Part shown: positions 59,901 through 64,000 of the stretch, in pieces | Layout of the letters: every line of letters starts with the position of its first letter | How positions within the stretch are numbered: position 1 is the stretch's first letter | From: Macrostomum lignano | Lineage: Eukaryota | DNA length: 64,000 nt | Assembly (NCBI GenBank): GCA_002269645.1 | Contig: NIVC01001637.1 | Location: 62,001 to 126,000, forward strand | Reading direction: 5' to 3' | Notes under the pieces: generated by a model | Databases searched by the model: none | What the model saw: the letters and a program-made list of their open reading frames with translations, nothing else | Told to the model about the DNA's origin: nothing | Position numbers and translations under genes: made by a program

Positions 59901-62900
59901 AGCTTGCCTCTTGACGAGAACGACAACATTTTGCTGCCAATGACAGCCAGACAGAACGAACTGTGGCCCATGCTGCTCACTAAGGCCCTCATCAAAGTGG
60001 CTGCACTCGAGTGAGTTTAAAAATCCAATTGATTTGACTTATGACGATATGTATCGAAGTTAAAATAATTCATGGCGTTTAGAGCTATATTTAAAATTGA
60101 TATAAATTTTGATCTAGAATCGTCAAATTTACTCAACGAAGAATAAGCTACTATAATATTAAAATTATATAATTTGTGTCTTTTTTCTAACACCGGAAAA
60201 AATTAAGGACGATTAAAATGTAAAAACACAACATATCGGCGGAAATTCTTTTTTTTACAGTTACGGAGGCGGCAGCGGCACCCAGGAGTTTGGCGACTTT
60301 TCACCGATTCACTGCCTCACTGGCTGGCTGCCACAGACCATTATGGTCAGGTGAGCTGAGGTGTGATTTTTTATTATATTAGGCCCCCTAGTGGTCGGAT
60401 GTTCGATTCGAGACCCACTCGGAACAATTTGTGTCCTTGAGCAAGACACTGAACTCTGCATTGATTCAGTTCAAACAGCTTTAAAATGGGTGCCAGCAGT
60501 AGCTGGGGTAAATGAGGGTGTGTGGCGACCCCCCAGTCCTTGGACTGAACAGCCGTACGCAGCCTTCAGATGCGCCACGCAATAGCTGCGGCTGAGCTGT
60601 CGGTTGCACATCTGGCCATTAGGGGAATCAATTATACAATTTGTGTTTTTATTTATAAAAATTATTTAGGAAATAATCAGCTTTTTAACTACTGGTCTAG
60701 ATTAAAAATGTAAGTAGTATGTAATCATTTAAAAAATACGGTTTCTGTAATTTTTTCACACCTAATCAGGAAGGAGAGCTCGGAGAAGCTGTGGAAGATG
60801 TTGCAGAAATTGCTTCCGGAGTGGAAGCTGCCGGAGCCGGCGGAGAAGGATCCAACAGCCGAGGGGACGGAAGAGGCTCCGGCTGGAACCGTGAGTGCAG
60901 TTTTTACCATAGACACTTTGAACTAAAATTTGAATTGGAAGCTACTGAATTAACGCGCGTGTTTTTGTCTGGCTTGTTCAATTTGAAAGATTCAAAAAAT
61001 CACTAATAATATTTTTACACCTTACCGAATGTCATCGAAAAATCAAGGGTCAGATTGCTCCAGCCTCTAAGAGCAATCTTCATCAACAGCATCAACAACA
61101 GCAACAGCAGGCTCAGCAGCCGCAAGCTGCAGTCCCAGCAGACGGGCAGTCCTCCGGAGCCCATTTAAACTTGAGCTCCTCAGCCTCCACAGTCAGGCTG
61201 GGCCAGGCCCCCAAAATGACGGTTGGTAAAACTCGAACAAAAAAATTGTCGAGTGGCCAAACAATACCTTCCGCTGAGCATTCGCGATGTAGATTCCTGC
61301 TCTTGAAACCTCGCTGATTTATCTGATTTGTTTTGCTAAGCTATGAAATCTTTCGTTTCTAAGAAACCATCGGAATTTTTTCATTTTATCGACTGATTTC
61401 GTGTTTTTTCTTAGAAATCTTTTAGACATTACGCTGTTTTTCTTAGAAAATTTCGATAAAAAAATTAAATTTGCAGAAAATCTTTTTAGTTTTTATTTTC
61501 GCAGCCAAATTTCTATTTATTTAATTTATTTACTTCCTAAATTGTTCTATCGTTCAAGAAAATATTTTGTTAATCTGCAGACGCCGGACGTTGAGAAGCA
61601 GCCGGAGCAGCCGCAAGGCAAAGGCAAACCGCCGGGACCCGCTGACAAAGGCAAAGGTAAAACTGCTAATTGGTTTTTCCTAATAGTCAAGTTTAACCGC
61701 CAAAGATTCGAATTCAAAATTTGGAATAACACCTGCAATTTTGCAATTTTCGTGTCAATTTCAGGAAAAGAAGATAAAAAAGAGGCGAAAGCTTCCAAAG
61801 GAGACAAAGCCAGTAAGTGCATTTTGTAGTTTTGGCCATAGACACCTGTTTGGCAACTATATGACGATAATTAGACACTCATTAGACATTCAAATAGGCA
61901 CCCATTAGATACCCAATGGACACTACATAGACACATATTAGATACCTTTTACACACCCACTATATATACATACTAGATATCCAGAGACCCATATAAGTCA
62001 ATCAATAGATACCAATTAGATGTCCATTAGAGACTCATTAGACACCCATTAGATACTCAATAAATACCGATTGAATATCAATAGGACAGCCATTAGATAA
62101 CCAATAAACACCAATTTAGACACCTATTAAACATCTATTAGATACCAGTTAAACACCCATTAGACACCCATTACACACCTATTAGATACCAATCAAGCAC
62201 CTATTAGACACCCATTAGACAACCATTAGACACCTATTAAACATCTATTAGATACCAATAAGACACCAATTAAACACCCATTAGACACCCAATAGATCCC
62301 AAATAGACAACCGTTAGATACCAATTAGACACCCATTGGATACCAATTAGACACCCATTGGATACCAATTAGACAACCATTGGATACCAATTAGACAACT
62401 ATTAGATACCAATTAGACAACCATTAGATACCAATTAGACACCCATTAGATATTATAATTAGACAACCATTAGATACCAATTAGACACCCATTAGATACC
62501 AATTAGACACCCATTAGATATTATAATTAGACAACCATTAGATACCAATTAGATACCCATTAGATATTATAATTAGACAACCATTAGATACCAATTAGAC
62601 ACCCATTAGATACTTATAAAACAGCCATTTAGGATCGGTTATTAAATGGCTAACCCATTAAACCTTGTGTTATGACGTGCAATAAGACCACAATAAACAT
62701 TAATTAGTTTGATTAGAATTCTATTAGTCAGCCATTAGGTGCTCATTAGCCGTCAAATTAGTGTGAAGATCCTCTTCACCCAGTACAACCCAACCCCAAC
62801 ACAGAGGAGGACACAGTCGTCTACGACAAGCCCGAAGTGGCAATTTTCGCATCCTACTACGATGCCACAAGGCGGCAGCCGCTGCAGGTGACCTCACTGG

Positions 62901-63184
62901 CTGACTGCGCCAACAAGAGCGAGCAGCTCAGGCAGAGAGGCTTCTCCTACCTGTACAGCCATCCGGTGCAGCTGACCAAGTTCCGTGTCTGCCCGTTGGA
63001 GCCGCCCAAGCCGCCGGAAGAGATTCCAGCCTGGAAGCTGATCAGGCCGAAGGTGAAACGGCCGCTGCCGAGAAGTGAAGCGCCCGACGCCTCAGCTTGC
63101 GGCGAAGTCGGCGACGCGGTCGGCGTGACGGAGGAGAAACCGATCTGTGCTATTGAAGTGGAATCGCCCTTTGTGAATTATAAG
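50971..63184 (+). CDS. ADGB: Androglobin (calpain-like globin), N-terminal calpain-like region; gene continues beyond the window
   Basis: Exons 50971-51064, 56442-56498, 57110-57298, 58930-59148, 59871-60010, 60261-60350, 60770-60890, (61048-61221 optional), 61581-61656, 61765-61812 and 62805-63184 have consistent phases. Peptides IWPEFSETEINNEKW, WKRPQE, FDLMGANEHIL, PWEHIY...FNPYGKYVVRLFW, WRKIYVDD.LP, ELWPMLLTKA, IHCLTGWLP, SHPV...CPL.PPKPP...WKLIR and SPFVNY match human ADGB as recalled. Confidence 0.93.
51105..52155. repeat. 23-bp AATTTGGCGCC-core minisatellite (AATTTGGCGCCCTTTGAATTCCT)
   Basis: Periodicity of 23. Confidence 0.95.
52675..54075. repeat. 14-bp minisatellite (TAAGACAGCGCCCC), about 100 copies
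   Basis: Periodicity of 14. Confidence 0.97.
54292..54305. promoter_or_regulatory. Intronic X-box-like motif TAGGCCATGGCAAC
   Basis: CCATGGCAAC half-site in a unique-sequence island between minisatellites. Confidence 0.35.
54965..55625. repeat. 23-bp AATTTGGCGCCCCTAGATT minisatellite
   Basis: Periodicity of about 23; same family as 59290-59790. Confidence 0.9.
56535..57005. repeat. 14-bp polypyrimidine minisatellite (CTCCCTTCACTCTG)
   Basis: Periodicity of 14. Confidence 0.95.
57945..58780. repeat. 14-bp polypyrimidine minisatellite (TCCCTTCACTCTCA/C), related to the previous array
   Basis: Periodicity of 14. Confidence 0.93.
59290..59790. repeat. 23-bp AATTTGGCGCCCCTAGATT minisatellite
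   Basis: Periodicity of about 23. Confidence 0.9.
60381..60590 (+). mobile_element. tRNA-derived CORE-type SINE remnant in an ADGB intron
   Basis: B-box-like GTTCGATTC at 60401, followed by GTGTCCTTGAGCAAGACACTGAACTC...TAAAATGGG, which resembles the CORE/MIR domain. Confidence 0.65.
61870..62620. repeat. 22-bp degenerate minisatellite (CCATTAGATACCAATTAGACAC)
   Basis: Periodicity of about 22. Confidence 0.85.
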
Positions 63185-63204
63185 GTGAGAGAGTGGGACA
63201 GGGC

Positions 63205-64000
63205 TGGGTGGACAGGTAGATAAGGACAGGTAGGATAGGGACAGGTAGATAGGGACAGGTAGATAAGGACATGTAGGATTAAAAGACAGGTACGACAAAG
63301 ACAGGTAGGATAAAGACAGGTACGACAAAGACAGGTAGGATAAAGACGGGTAGGATAAAGACGGGTAGGACAGACAGGTAGGATAGAGACAGGTAGGACA
63401 AAGACAGGTAGGATAAAGACGGGTAGGACAGACAGGTAGGATAGAGACAGGTAGGATAAAGACAGGCAAAAAAGGACAGATAGATGAGGACAGGTAGGAT
63501 AAAGACAGGTAGGACAAAGACAGGTAGGATAAAGACGGGTAGGACAGACAGGTAGGACAAAGACAGGTAGGATAAAGACAGGTAGGATAAAGACAGGTAG
63601 GATAAAGACGGGTAGGACAGACAGGTAGGATAAGGACAGGCAAAAAAAGGACAGGTAGATAAGGACAGGTAGATAAGGACAGGTAGATAAGGACAGGTAG
63701 ATAAGGACAGATAGATAAGGACAGGTAGGATAGGGACATGTAGATAAGGACAGATAGATAAGGACAGGTAGGATAGGGACAGGTAGATAAGGACAGGTAG
63801 ATAAGGACAGGTAGATAAGGACAGGTAGATAAGGACAGGTAGATAAGGACAGGTAGATAAGGACAGGTAGATAAGGACAGGTAGATAAGGACAGGTAGAT
63901 AAGGACAGGTAGATAAGTACAGGTAGATAAGGACAGGTAGATAAGGACAGGTAGATAAGGACAGGTAGATAAGGACAGGTAGATAAGGACAGGTAGGATA
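63205..64000. repeat. 14-16-bp purine-rich minisatellite (GGACAGGTAGATAA)
   Basis: Periodicity of 14 with variants; runs off the window end. Confidence 0.95.

Overview
This is metazoan genomic DNA: spliced genes whose introns are packed with minisatellites. The style resembles a free-living flatworm such as Macrostomum, which is inference only. From left to right the window holds: (1) the last five exons of an EPG5 autophagy gene (1-4191). (2) A near-intact P-element/THAP transposon (7896-12765; perfect 116-bp TIRs, 8-bp TSD) with a second, internally deleted P element nested in its 3' end (11197-12583). (3) A three-exon gene of about 1310 aa fusing 19 ankyrin repeats to a cGAS-like Mab-21 nucleotidyltransferase (14555-19585); repeat variation falls mainly on ligand-contact positions. 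(4) A compact 6.7-kb Polinton/Maverick with AGTAGT termini and a 6-bp TSD (20796-27517). It carries capsid, penton, protease, integrase and core-protein genes but no DNA polymerase or packaging ATPase. (5) A hAT-like MITE. (6) A minus-strand gene for an unknown membrane protein. (7) The 5' part of androglobin (ADGB), preceded by several candidate alternative first exons, most with RFX X-box-like motifs upstream. More than 20 tandem arrays are present, many sharing a (TT)TGGCGCC core. Alignments to known families were made from memory, not by search. Several frameshifts lie in homopolymers and may be assembly errors.
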